Source of the DNA: Bugula neritina
Taxonomy: Eukaryota > Animalia > Bryozoa
Direction of reading: 5' to 3'
Assembly (NCBI GenBank): GCA_964035545.1
Contig: OZ037769.1
Coordinates: 558,001 to 622,000, forward strand
Length of the DNA: 64,000 nt
The translations under genes and the position numbers were made by a program. Positions within the stretch are counted from its first letter, which is position 1; each line of letters begins with the position of its first letter. The notes below the pieces were generated by a model. The model did no database searches. It had not been told where the DNA came from and was given only the letters and a program-made list of their open reading frames with translations. Positions 45,101 to 58,419 of the stretch are shown in pieces.

Positions 45101-46364
45101 TACAAATTTTAATTCCTTTCAGTAAAAAACACTGCTCAATGCTCTTTATTCTATCATAGTCTGTTAAGTTGCTATTTAAACAAACTAGAATTTTATTGGG
45201 CATTATATTAATTGGTGTATAATTCTTCGAAATTTGAAGCCTTAGAAAACTAATAAATAACCGTAAAAATTGCCTGATTTGCTAATTGTCAAACTTTTGG
45301 AATATTCTAACTAATATAATTACAACATTGAAATGATTAGCCAATATGTCATTTAGAGGAAATACTAAACAGTATAACAAAAAATTATAATGTATTTTGC
45401 CAAAAGCTTTAGAAGGGCATCTCAGAATTAATGCAAATATTTCTGCAGATTTAATAGCTTGTAGCCTATACATACATGTTGATGAAACCAAAATGTGCCC
45501 TGGCAAGGTCTCACATAGGATGCATGCATTATTAATATGTTGGATTTTAACATATGCACAGATAAATAGTAACAATTATTGAAACAGGTGTTAATTTTAT
45601 TTTGCTTTTAGTTAGTGACAAAAAATTATTAGCACTACCTAAATTATCAACAGGAAATACAGTTGCATCTTTTTTTATTTAATAATTTTTGCCACCAACA
45701 AGCTCAATACTGGTGCCAGATATACTTAATATTCCTAATATGATATGAATGCTTCTTCTTCATTTTAATTATATGGACATAAATGTTCTACTTTCCACTT
45801 GCAATTGTTGACTAAAATTGTGATACTGTCAAATTATAAGGACAAAATTTAGCAATATAAGCATATTATTCTAGTTTTGGAATTGTAAAACAAAGGTGTT
45901 TCACTAAACTTGATCGGCATACTGCAACACAATGAAGCTTAATCACTGAGATGGCTTACAAGTGTAAACTCTCAAGCCATCTCAGTGAAAAGCTGCGTGT
46001 TGCAGCAGCTAAGGATAGCATATGGAACAGAAGTTAGCTATAATTAGTATTATTAAAGCACAATCTCAAAATCAGCTGGGAAATGTAGTCTGCATGCATT
46101 CTGCAAGGAATCAGACTTCCAAGTTTATTATAATATAAAACAAACTTGTTTGAACATACAATTCTCAAAGAACAACTATATAGTTGTTTTATGTTAAGGA
46201 TTAATTATTGAAGTTAATATATTATGTTACAATGTCAGATTTCCCAGAGCAATATCAAAAAGGTAGATTGGCAACAGCAGCTCAAACTAATCAATGTTGC
46301 TAAAAACAGTCTATTTTGCATCATACTGCATGTTGCTATACTTTGAAAGATGTTAACTCACCAT
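36101..46364 (-). CDS. Receptor paralogue B: signal peptide - 2 CUB-like - 4 CCP/Sushi - TM - tail with ITAM and 4 DNxLY repeats, 12 coding exons, ~739 aa
   Basis: Exons 46364-46362, 45018-44622, 44503-44150, 41378-41175, 40074-39877, 39379-39182, 38998-38792, 38436-38334, 37867-37815, 37327-37277, 36981-36846 and 36416-36101 total 2220 nt, all phases compatible. ITAM YGVIEDEASAYAEI at 36911-36952. Confidence 0.87.
40724..41170. repeat. Diverged tandem duplication (~247-bp period) in a paralogue B intron
   Basis: taatactagctatgt...gctaaaagcagca...cagtgaccaccaacccagtgctgct occurs from 40724 and again from 40971. Confidence 0.8.
43879..44078. repeat. Two back-to-back perfect spacerless palindromes (66 bp, 43879-43944; 134 bp, 43945-44078)
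   Basis: Symmetry checked by eye around centres 43911/43912 (gggtataccc) and 44011/44012 (ttattataataa). Confidence 0.93.
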
Positions 46365-47734
46365 TTTGAAATAATGCATCTCGTAGAATATAATCCAGCT
46401 CTAACTGAAAGCTATTACAATATTCTATTATAGTTGAACATTTACCTTTGCTACTATAGTCACATCTACTGTATATATAATATAGTGTATTATAACTCTA
46501 CCCTTGTGATATTTGATAAGTCTCAAGTTTAGTAAATATTAACTTTAATCAACACAGCCTACTTTATACACAGAGCTGTGAACTTCCTTGTACGACTATA
46601 CACACATCACTATACAATATACTAGCTATCTATTTAGATGACTGATATAGCTTCTGCTTTACCTCAACCTATTATTCTTGTTTATTTAATGATTATTATA
46701 TCTTTGTAGTCTACATAATAGAATACATGACTATTCTATTCAACACTAGAAATATTAGGCAGTGATTATCATGCAACTACTATAAGACTGTCTCTACTGT
46801 GAAGATTGAGATGCTATTTTGTTACAATTTATCTTTAATAGCTTTATTATAATATCATGGAATTAAAAAATTATATAGTTTATGTAATAATATAATAATA
46901 TAACATTCACACATGTATTTCAATTAGAAAACTATATAATAAGTAATCAAACGCAATAAATATACATTTACTGTTATCTTGTATTGAAATAAACATACAA
47001 AAGTTTTTAATAGAATTGAAATAGTAATTTATCATAAAATCCGTCTTGAAAATAATTGAATTATACGGAAACAATGTCTCAACGTAATTCAGCAATCAAA
47101 ACAAAATTTATTTAAGCATAATAAAATATTACAAATGTCTTCTAACAAAATATTAATTGATTATATCAATATTTGATTAAATGCATATGATTGTCTAACT
47201 GATAACTGATAAGCATACTTAGAGTTATGTCCCCTTGCAATGCAACCTGACAGTCCCATAATACTGTATTATATTCATTTCTCTAGGCAATTACTTGGTT
47301 GATTTTTGCATATATTTATTTTGATTTATATTATTAAAGTAAGTTAAGAATAATAAGTATGCATACTGTCACGGAAGTTTCAAATCAAGTTTACTATAGA
47401 AGGGCTGAAATTTTAACCCAGTTGTTAGTTTAATTGCCTTACTGAACTATATTATAGAGATCTATTATATTAGAACCGTGAAAGCAAACTCAAATTAAAC
47501 TTTCTACTGATAACTAGCACTTTGCATGCTTATATAATAACTTAAAGAGCCTGTATAAAGTATGTCTAATGGCAAGATATGTCCATAAGAAAAGTAAATC
47601 ACTTTTACTAAATAGAACTGCAAAATATTGCTATAAATGCTGTGATTGAGTTAAATATTACAGATTTGTCAGAAACATTTTAATCATTTTTTTTTAAATT
47701 CTGGGCATGTGTTCATTACTATCAGTTTCTCTCT

Positions 47735-50700
47735 CTACTTTCTATCTGTACTCTCATAGAGCTCATTGTCTAGCATGTTCACCTGCCCATCTGTTCTATC
47801 ATAGAGATCATTGTCTAGCATGTTCACTCTACTAGTTCTATCATAGAGGTCGTTGTCCAACATCTCCACATTGCCACTTCCTGCAGGTGCTCCAGAACTG
47901 TCATATAGACTGTTGTCCACAAACTCAACTTCATCCGCTTTGGGTGGTACTACCGGGGCCTCCTCGTAGATTGGCTGGGAAAACTGAGATAAGATCTCGG
48001 GCTTCTTGTGGTGATTTGGTTGTACTGATGCGTACAACTCAGCAACATTTCTACCAGGAAACAATGTCATATATTAGTTTAGATAATAACTAAGTAGGAT
48101 ACAAAAAACAATATTACATAATATGCTACCAGTACATAGTTTTTCTGGGAATCCTTTGAGTCATAGGCTCACAAACAGCTAAACCTTTTTCTCAAGATCT
48201 ATCATCTATGTGAATTTCATTTCATACACAATTAATTTGAACCCCAACATGTGTTTGATGCAATACAATAAGAAAAAAGGTGGAATGTTTTAATACAAAA
48301 TTTGATTCATTTATAAATTTAAAAAAGTAAAATTTAAATCATAAATAAAAACTATCAGTTTTCTGCATCTAGTTTAACCGGAGTCGTAAAACCCAGGTGG
48401 CTTAGCACAACTAGTCTTTTAGCATGTATTCCCCAAACATATAAGCTCTACAACCACCGAGACATTCTGCTACCCACCCAAACTTCTTGTTTGGTTTAGG
48501 TTTCGTCATAGGAGCAGGCTTCTTGACCACGCCCCCTGATATCTCAGCGTAAGCGGAAGCCTCGTCTTCAATCACACCATAAGGTCCGTTGTTTCCGACA
48601 CCTCCCTGACCTGCAACAGGAAGTTGCCGATATATTCAGAAACTACAAACTCAACTATACACGCAAATATCATAAAGAGTTTTCAGTGAAGATAAATAAA
48701 ACCATCCATTGGGAAATCATGTGTCTTGAATTGTATTAACAGCTACCTGAATTTTCCCATAAAATATACAGAAGCATAAGATAGAAATTGCGTACTCTCA
48801 TATCTATAGACATAACATGTATATTACTATATGATTAAGGAGGTAGTCCTGTTAGATATATTAGTACCACAGAAGTAAGTAACAAAATTAGTTACGACAA
48901 CTTACCTGGCACACTTGGAATTATATCTGGACGTTCTAGTTCAAAATATGGATTCTCTACAAGAATATAGCTAAAGTAGAAGCATTGCTTTTAAAGCTCA
49001 TTAGTGCAGAAGCTGTGTGTTTACAGTACAAACTATGAAGGGGGAAAGAAAACAATAAGACTTCATATTGGTTAGACTTAGTTCCTATTAACATGGGGAA
49101 AGAGAGTGATAGGCTGCCTTGAACTACGTTAGCTATATATGCTATCAGGAAGGGTGGGTTGTATACCGTCCCAAACCAATCAGACAATGTAGTTTACTGT
49201 GAAAGAGAAGTTTTGAGTATAATGGCCATTCCTACGAATAAAGTATTTCTTGACCCTCATGACCAGCTTATGTTTACAAAGACTAGTAGCTAGTTAAAGT
49301 AGTATATCACCCCCCCCCCCCCCCCCCATACAGTTGAATGGTATTTTATGACAGGGAATAATATTTACCTTTGCTGAAAGATTGTCTGTTATTTGCTTCT
49401 CCTGAAGGGGCCTCCTTAGGGCTGTTAATAATCAAATAGAAAAAATAATGTGAACTCCTCAAAATCATCATTATTTAAGATTCATATGCCATTGTAATTG
49501 CAACAAGTATTATCCATAGCTTTCAAGGTAGTATATTGCATAACATATTATCTCACTGTAGTTTCAGCAGAGCGAATCAAGTTACTTCTTGGGGTTCCAT
49601 AAACTCAACGCAAAAGATAATTTACAATATTATTTAGCATATAAGACATACTACATAAGATATATGCTATAGCATGCAGAAAGATATAATACTATATAAT
49701 AATATCCCTTATAATTATGTTGCGTAATATTATTATGTAATGTAGTGTTATGAGATTACAGGAAATGAATTTTGATTTATAAGTAATTCAATCTTTATCC
49801 AAACTATATACTCTGTACCTGTAACAGTACTACAGTATTACATCATAGTATAATAATATGATGCATTGTGAGATAGCCTGAGTACCAACCTATGACGTAG
49901 ACATCTAGCTATTAGGACCACTACTATAACCACCACCACCAGGGCTCCCCCTCCAGCTATCAGAGCAATGTGATATGGTTCTAAGATTTTTCCTGCTGCT
50001 GTAACTGGATATCAATACAGTAGTGTAACTTGTATCAAAGCAATATATATATACAATATAAAATATTATATTCAAGATGTTAGCATATAGTTATACAATT
50101 TTTTCAATTTCTATTCTAATCACCAGGAAGAAAAGCTATGCAATTATGCAATATTTGTTTAATATTGTTTTGATTCAAATAAAATTCAATTTCAATATCC
50201 TATGTATATATAGCATAATATAATATATTTCAGAAATCAGTAATTATCTTGTTGTACACTGCATTTCTTATTCTGTGTACAAAAAATTGTCCACATTTAT
50301 TTATACTACTAGCTCTACTTCCTGGTTATTACAATTACCTTGTGAATCATTTGTGTCAATCACAGGATCTTTATTTGATACGTCACAATCAGGGTCATGT
50401 GACCAGTTACCAGACTTTGTACAGACAGGATCTGTAGTCTTAGTATAACCATCATCACATGAGTAGAGTAGATTATTTCCTCCATAATATCTGTCTAGTG
50501 TGATGGTACCATTAGCTAGAGTTAGTGCTTCTGGGTCACACTCAGCTGTTAGAAAATACATTATACAAGTATAGAAAATATGCAACAAGCTAAATTGGAA
50601 TTTATTCAAAAGAAAATATCTATGACTATCTACAAAGTTAATTTTATTTACATAAATAATCATTACAGATTGTATATGTATAAATTATTATATAAATTGT

Positions 50701-53700
50701 GAATTATTAAAACTTTATAAATAATGACCTGTTTGTGTACATTCTGGAATACTGGACCAAGTTTTATCATGTTGACACTGTATCACATCCATGTTTGTTT
50801 TCTTGTAACCATAGTAACAGTCATATGATAGAACTTCTTGGTAAACATATGTTTGAGTTGTTCCTCCTTTAGATGTGATTATAGTAGTGGAAACGTTGAT
50901 GGAGAGATCAGTGATGTCACACTCAACTAAAACAGAAGTTGAGCTCTAAACATCTCTACAGCCACAGCCTACTATATATACAAATATCATGCATTTGGTA
51001 TAAACTATACAGTATATTTTATGCAGAATGATACTGTGCACTTTCAAACTTATTTAAAAAATGACCTCAAAAAACTAGCATTCTGTAACTAAAATAAATG
51101 AAACTTTAAATTATGTATAATTTTTCATATTGCGATTTAATAACAATAATATGACAATGCAGAACCTAGGCATGCTGCCTTTGGGTTAGCAAACAAACTA
51201 AGCAAATAGAAGTATTTATTTCATAGCAATTGTTAAGTGTTCAACATTGAGGAAGTGCAGCAGTAGCTTTACAAGGCAGAGTAATTATATTTTATACATT
51301 TAGTTGCTGCAGTTTTGAGTATGGCTATATTGAGCCTTTCTAAATTAATATACTGTTAGTATAAACACATTGTTTTTAGATTACTCCATATGCATGGTAT
51401 ATTATTACTATATACATATACCTGGTGTACATGTTAGAGATATATTACTCCATCTCCATGGTACATTATTACTATATACATATACCTGGTGTACATGTTA
51501 GAGATATATTACTCCATCTCCATGATATATTATTACTATATACATATACCTGGTGTACATGTTAGAGATATATTACTCCATCTCCATGGTATATTATCTG
51601 TATCAGTAGAACTACATCTAGATACAACTTCTTCTATTCCATCTTTACTCTCATATCCTTTTATACACTCATATATTGTTGTATGAGTATCAGTCTTAGT
51701 TTTATTAGTAAACTCAACATCTCTTGGCTCTTCTTTACAGTAAGGGACTAGAAAATACAATTTAAATATTGGCTCTTCTGTACAGTAGGGGACTAGAAAA
51801 TAAATGCAATAGTAATAACATAATATTATTAGCTTATAAAACATAGTGCCATATCTAAAAGGTCACAAAGTAAAGTAAATAGTGAGATACTATACTAAGT
51901 TGCAGACTGGAGCTAATTGTCACCATGTTCCTATACTTTGCATTATGCAAATAGATATTTTAATCAAAATAATCAGTCTCAGTACTCTGAGGGAGTTGAG
52001 AGGCCAGGGGAGCCTGAGCCTGATGACTGAAAGAGTAGTAGATAGGCCAGTGAAGTTTAGAGAACTGGGTGGGATGCACTGTAGCATTTACCCAGTGGTC
52101 CAGTGTGTAATGGTTAGCACACTTGCTTGCAAGCCAGAGGTCTCGGGTTCGATTCTCAGCGGGAGAAAATTATTTTTTAGAAAGTATTCTATTCAGTTAT
52201 CAAAGAGTTAATTTGATAAATAATATATAATCGTTACTATATGCATCCTTGTGTTATGAAGACATACCTGGAATACATCTAATCTCTGATTGGTTGACCC
52301 ACTTAGCCTCTTTACCATCTACTTTACATTCAGAAGTTGAGTTATACTTCAACTGATAGTCAGTATCTTCACAAGAATAGTTTATTATTGTACCAGGAAA
52401 CCAGGGAGATTCAGTAGATGGAGTACTTGTCACATGATCTATTTCAGGTTTATCTCCACATGTCAACACTGTAAAAATATATTTACCAAATCATAAGAAA
52501 AATTCAAAGTTATAATTACAAAAACTTTCTTATAGCTACGATATACACCGTACCACTCTTTTCAGTTCAATATATTGATAGCTGTAAAAATTACCTAAAT
52601 ATCCTTGCTATCACTACGTTTCCGTTTCCATTATCGCGAATGGATTTTTTCATTCGGCTAATGGAAACAGTTACATCGAATGAAACCGCAACTATAAGTT
52701 AATGCAAACCACAAACCACAAAAAATCCGTACGGGGCATTCATTCGCATTATGCGCAGTCATGGAAACGCAGTGTATAGCTGTGATGGTGTTTGTCTTTT
52801 CAATTGCTGCATTATTAAAATCGCTGCATGAATATATAACATTATTATCAATTAATTATAATCTACTTCATGCATGGCAGAGTTTTCAGCATATTATAGT
52901 GTTAGTGGATGAAATGAAACTATTAGTAGCCTATTAAATCACTGCGTTTCCATGACTGCGCATAATGCGAATGAATGCCCCGTACGGATTTTTTGTGGTT
53001 TGTGGTTTGCATTAACTTATAGTTGCGGTTTCATTCGATGTAACTGTTTCCATTAGCCGAATGAAAAAATCCATTCGCATAATGCGATAATGGAAACGCA
53101 GTGTATGTAAAATAGCTGCCCCCAGAGGGATTCAAACCCAATTCTTCTAACTACATTACACTGTGGGCGCTACTGCATATGGGACATTTATAAATTAGTT
53201 CGAACCTGTATACTCAAGTATTCCAACGTTATAAACAATGTATTCAAAGAACATATAGCAACTCAAGTAAATAAATACACTGATAGTGGAGCGAATGCTT
53301 GTTTGGGAATTTTTCTGGTAAGTTCATATTTTAATTAAAGCAGTTGCTTTAAAAATACTTTTACAAATATTAGTTTAACTTTTTGTTTAAATTAATCTTT
53401 ACAGAATAAGTTCTTAGTCTTAAAAAATCTTTTCAGATTTCATTTTGCCACAACAGTTCTACTAATTTTCTGTCTTTTGCATAGAAAATGCATGGAATAC
53501 TAGATTGATTTTGAGTAGCTGCAATGTAGTATTATTAGTATTATTACGTAGTAATATTACATGTATACTAATATATAGTAGCATAATGCTACGCTACTAT
53601 GTAAGCTTTGTCTAATAGTGATTCTGCTATAATATGAAAACCTGTGCTGCACTTATTTGAATTAATATGCTATATACTCATGTAAAAGCCAATCAAAAGC

Positions 53701-56700
53701 TTTCCTAAATTCAGATTTTCATTTGCTATTATAGGTGTGCCAACCTATGAATTATTTGGCAACTCAAATATTATTTCCTACCTAGAAATAAGTGCCCAAA
53801 TGACCATAGTTTGGAGAAAATGCATGGTGTAATTAAAAACAAGTTAGCCTATAAGCAGTAGACAGCAATAGTGATTCAAATAGTTTTTCAGTGTTTATAT
53901 TATTAGAATATTAATAAATATGTTTTTAAAACCCATTTAGCTAGTTTTCATTTAAAATAAGGGACAAGCACAAAATATTAACAAGTTTGTTATGGGTTAT
54001 AATTTTGGCTGTTCTTTCTAAAGTAAAAAAATGAACCGGAAGCCTATATATAGGTAATGGAACACTGTTAAGTCTAACTGTTGTTTGATTTAATGTAACT
54101 GTTAGTAAACCTACTCTTGTTGTTGTTTATTATGTGATAAGACTACCAACTAGTTATATACACAGGCACAGGTTAAATAATCTGTAGGAAATAGGAAGTT
54201 GGGAAAATATAAATTTATAGAAATCAAAAAATTACAAGAGCTCTACGATCTGGCAAAAATGACTGACATTGTGGAGTCTTATTATAGAGATAGGACTTTG
54301 AATAGGCCTGTGGACATTAGAAAAAGTAATTATGTTACATATGAAACAACAAACATTTACCTTGTTTTTTTTTATAATTTATATATAGCATGCATGGAAT
54401 GTTATTGTGGAGATGCTGTTTGAGTTTAAATAAAATAAGCGATAATTTATTTACTGCTTTTGAGTAATATTTTAAGCAACAGATAAAGCATTTACGAACA
54501 TGGTATTTTAATATAGAACATTGAGATAGTTGCTAGAGCTTATCAAATAACTTGATAATATTATATTGAGTAGTTACACATTTCGCAGCCAGCCCTGCCA
54601 TGACCTAGCCACAGTAATCTATATCTTAGAAGAGCATTTCAATAGAATATATAACTTGTTAACAAATTAAAAGCACCATGAAATATAGGGTAGTAAAGTA
54701 AAACAAGCATCAGCTATGTAAGACATAACTGATGCAAAGGAAGTATAATACTTGGTTTCACAAGGCATAGACTAATGGCATAACTCAGATTTACAGCTAA
54801 GCTGTGCAGGCAACAAGCAATCAAAATTGCTAGTAAAATTTATCTTTTTTGAAGGAATGAAACTTATAAACTGAATATATATAGAGACTAAAATCGTTTA
54901 AATGTTAAACTTTATAATGTTCATTAAATCAGCAATTAAATTTCTCACTCACCTGTAAACTGAATCATAAAGAATACAGACTCTACATCTCCAGATACAG
55001 GATCTCCCTCATTTTTATATCTTACAGAGAGTTGGTTGTTTGTAGAGGTTATGTTATGTAGATATTCATCAGGGAAATTAGCAAACTCCTGATTATCAAT
55101 AAACCAGGAGATTCTGGATGATTCTGTAAGCTCAGTAATATCAAACCTAACATAGTGAGTTTCACTTGATAGGTTTGATATTGTAAACTCACATGATGGT
55201 AATGACTGTTTATTAGTTGTATCATAAGAGCTGGTGAATATTCCAGTCAACTGTTCAACTTGAGGTCTGTCTGGTATCTGAATATTTTCACCACAGGATG
55301 TCACTGTAAAATAAATATGCTTATTGTATAATTATAATTAGTAACAAAAATGTGTACGTCTTATTTTCTCATTTTGTGTGTATAGTTCTACACTTTACTG
55401 TCATACCATGTATATTTGGCATAAAACTGAACAAAATTAATTAGTGAACAAACTTTTAAATTATACGTGTACATGCCTTGTATTGTATTATTGATTTACG
55501 TATCCCAATTGCAAATAGTTACGTAAGATAGGGTGTGCATCTGATTAAAAAGGGCACAGGTAAAATGGCACAAATGGGAAAGTTATACGTATTACGATAT
55601 TACAACTTATATCTATTTTATGCGTATCAATTCAATAATTTTATATATAGAGGAGCCATAGTTGAATTACAAGCTCTAAGTTTTATCTTCTAAATTGTTG
55701 CAAATTACTTCACCTCTTTCGCTTAAGAGCGTTTTAAGTGAACTACCAGATGGAAGGAAATATATGGAATCAAAGCAGAAACTTTCAAGTAATCGAATAT
55801 TTTTCAGGTTTTTTGCATAAAAAATAAGCAAACTCAAAATTCATTTTTTTATAAAAAATGTTGCCCAGCTTCTCAAGTTTTAAGAGCTCAGTCAAGTGAA
55901 TTCAGGCATGTATTGTCTGCAACATGATCTCAAAGCTGGGCAATGACCTAAAGTTGGAGCTATAAAAGACATCCCACTCAGCAGATATTGATAATACTTT
56001 GTTATAGCATGTGGGGCTAGTTGACCAGAAATTAATGATATGTGATATTAGGTTGCATATATTTCGGTTTTATGTAAATCCAGGAGTGTACAGGTGTTTA
56101 ACTGAAGCTATATGCATGAGATGCCTTTTTTTCAAATAATATGATATAATAAAATATAATTTTTATAATTTTGTTTATATTATATTCATTCAATTTCAAA
56201 GTTTAAAGTAGTCAAATGTATTCAAATATCATCCGCATGCAGATGATGTACATATATTTGACAGCAATAGATGGGGGTGTCTAACTGGAATGACAGTAGT
56301 TGAACCACATTATTATAGGAAGTGGGATGAGTTAAACCAGCTAAAACTTGCTCCACGAATTACTTTAACAATATTCATTATAATTGGGCACACCAATTTT
56401 TGTATTTTGCAACTAAATTTGTTCTGTCATAAATATATAAATCCAAACATGCACTTAGTCTGAAAACAAAGGGAAATGTTATAGGTCAACAGCGTAACTA
56501 CAAATATAAACTATTCTGCAAGTGTTTTCAGAATTGCACAAAATTACAAAAAACAAAAAGGGAGCAAATTAGGAAAGCCTATAACTACAGCAATGAATAT
56601 GGTAAAGCTTAAGGCAGCGACGTAAATAATCGTTGACAGCGTTCAAACAGCCCTTTGATAAATAGTTTTTCAGCTCTATAAATAGTTAAAACAATGTATA

Positions 56701-58419
56701 GTGTAGGATGAATGGCACTGGTTCAGCTTTTACACAGGGTAGTTTAACTTGCCCCCTACCTGAACTTGTCTTGCTAAAAACTTATTCTAGTAAAAAGTTG
56801 GCTTTATCTTACCGAGTAAAATGTTTATACGTTTAGTCTTAATCGACAAAGACAGCAACCTGTCTTCAGATTGGCAAAAATATCTTCAAAAATTATGTTT
56901 TGAAAGCCGTATTTTTGTTCAACAAGCCCCACCTTCCCCTACAACATGTATATGATAAAAATTGGCACACACCAATTATAATCATTTATTTTATTTAATA
57001 GTTACCTGTTGTAAAGAACTCCAGGTTAAATCCTGTCACATTGCTGAGAGTAGAAACTGATAATACAGACTGTTCTTGAGTGAACTTCTGTATTGTACCA
57101 GGTCTTGTAGAATCAATACAGTATGTTGTATCATCTATCTGTATTTCTGGACAGACTTCACGATCTTCCTCAGCTACACTAACTCCTAGTATACTGATAT
57201 TGGTACCTGCAGGTGCTCTCAGAGTTAGACTACATCTAACAGGTGCTCCCTCTATCTCTCTATGTTCTATTATCCCTGCATATCCTCTAATAATTGTCTG
57301 TGTATTATTATCACATATATTCACTGGTTTAATATCTTGTCCTTTTATTAATATGATGATACTGGCTATCAATGTGAGCTGCGGAGTCGTTGGCTAAGAA
57401 ATACAAATATAATGTAAGTACATAAAAAATGATCTATTATTACAACACTCAATATAATTACCATGTATGTACAAATTTTAATTAACTTTTGTATAAAAAT
57501 CTGAGCAATGTCATAGATTGCATCAGTATCATAGCTTTTCGGTTGCTATTTAAACAAGCTAAAACTTGTCAGTGCGATTTTTATTATAGGTGTAAACTTC
57601 TTTACAACTTGAAGTCCTGTACCACTGCATGTATAATCTGAAAAGTCGCCTGCAGTCTTATAATGGGCTCTTATCGGGATTGGCAAACTTTGAGGATATT
57701 CTAGCAATTAATTCTGATTTTTTAATTATTAGTCAATGTCATTTAGTAGAAAAATATAGTAGGCCTACAATAAAGTATTATAATGCATTATATCACAAGG
57801 TTTAGAGGTGCATGGGCACACGCAAACTATTTCTGCAGATCTGATAAGGTATCTACCCTATGCATGTTTGTATGCATGTTGATAAAACAAACAGCTGCCA
57901 TGGTAAAGTCTCTAACGTGGTGGATACATTACTAATACATTTGGATTTAGTAAGCTCGCGCTGCATATAATAGTAACAATTAACACGAACACCAACTAAA
58001 CTAGTTTTTCAACTCTATATTATTCAGTTAAAATTCTTTATAACCATAATCAGTAAGCCTATCATAAACACATGTAAAATTTACTTCTACACTACACTGC
58101 ACTGCACTACAACTGCCACAACAGATATAGGTGTTGAGGTGTATGCAGAACTCTATGCATTCAGCGGGTTATAGTCACTAAATTAATTCTAATCTAAGAG
58201 CAGAAAGTCACTGATAGGGTTGTACTATGCAAGAAACACTTGACTGTAGAATGCTGACTAAAAGCAAACTTCTGCAGTACAGCATGCAGTTCAATGTAAA
58301 CAAAAATAAACTCAAAACATGCGTGGTTTTTTATCAGAGCAGTTAGATCTCAACAAAAGTAATAACATGAAACAGTAGTCTCGTTAATTTACTTATTATT
58401 CATTCCGGTTACTTACCAT
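47735..58419 (-). CDS. Receptor paralogue C: signal peptide - 2 CUB-like - 4 CCP/Sushi - TM - tail with ITAM and 4 DNxLY repeats, 12 coding exons, ~735 aa
   Basis: Exons 58419-58417, 57393-57006, 55303-54953, 52468-52268, 51747-51550, 50926-50729, 50545-50339, 49998-49890, 49421-49369, 48956-48906, 48610-48478 and 48050-47735 total 2208 nt. ITAM at 48540-48581. Confidence 0.87.
51409..51598. repeat. 64-bp tandem triplication spanning the CCP2 exon end and 5' splice site of paralogue C
   Basis: tatatacatatacctggtgtacatgttagagatatattactccatctccatg(g/a)ta is repeated three times. Confidence 0.9.
52091..52166 (+). mobile_element. tRNA-derived SINE head or tRNA pseudogene
   Basis: A-box-like gtgtaatggttagc and B-box ggttcgattc with tRNA-like spacing. 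The acceptor and anticodon stems are imperfect. Confidence 0.5.
52612..52774 (-). mobile_element. Non-autonomous DNA transposon (MITE, CACTG termini, 3-bp TSD TAT), copy 1
   Basis: Reverse complement of copies 2 and 3. TIR CACTGCGTTTCCAT, with the left end slightly mutated. TAT flanks both sides. The empty site is visible in paralogue B near 41511-41530. Confidence 0.88.
52940..53103 (+). mobile_element. MITE copy 2 (164 bp, 14-bp TIR CACTGCGTTTCCAT)
   Basis: TIRs at both ends; near-identical to 63003-63166. Confidence 0.9.

Noticed and set aside
49310-49327. C18 homopolymer (possible G-quadruplex on the minus strand)
   Set aside because: The paralogous site in B is a short interrupted C run; likely slippage or homopolymer error.
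52020-52045. CTGATGA..GAAA possible hammerhead
   Set aside because: Only 2 nt separate the core segments, so there is no stem II, and no convincing stem I.
52091-52166. Functional tRNA gene
   Set aside because: The cloverleaf stems do not pair properly; kept only as a SINE- or pseudogene-like feature. Weaker similar traces near 6720-6785 and 53115-53145 are not reported.
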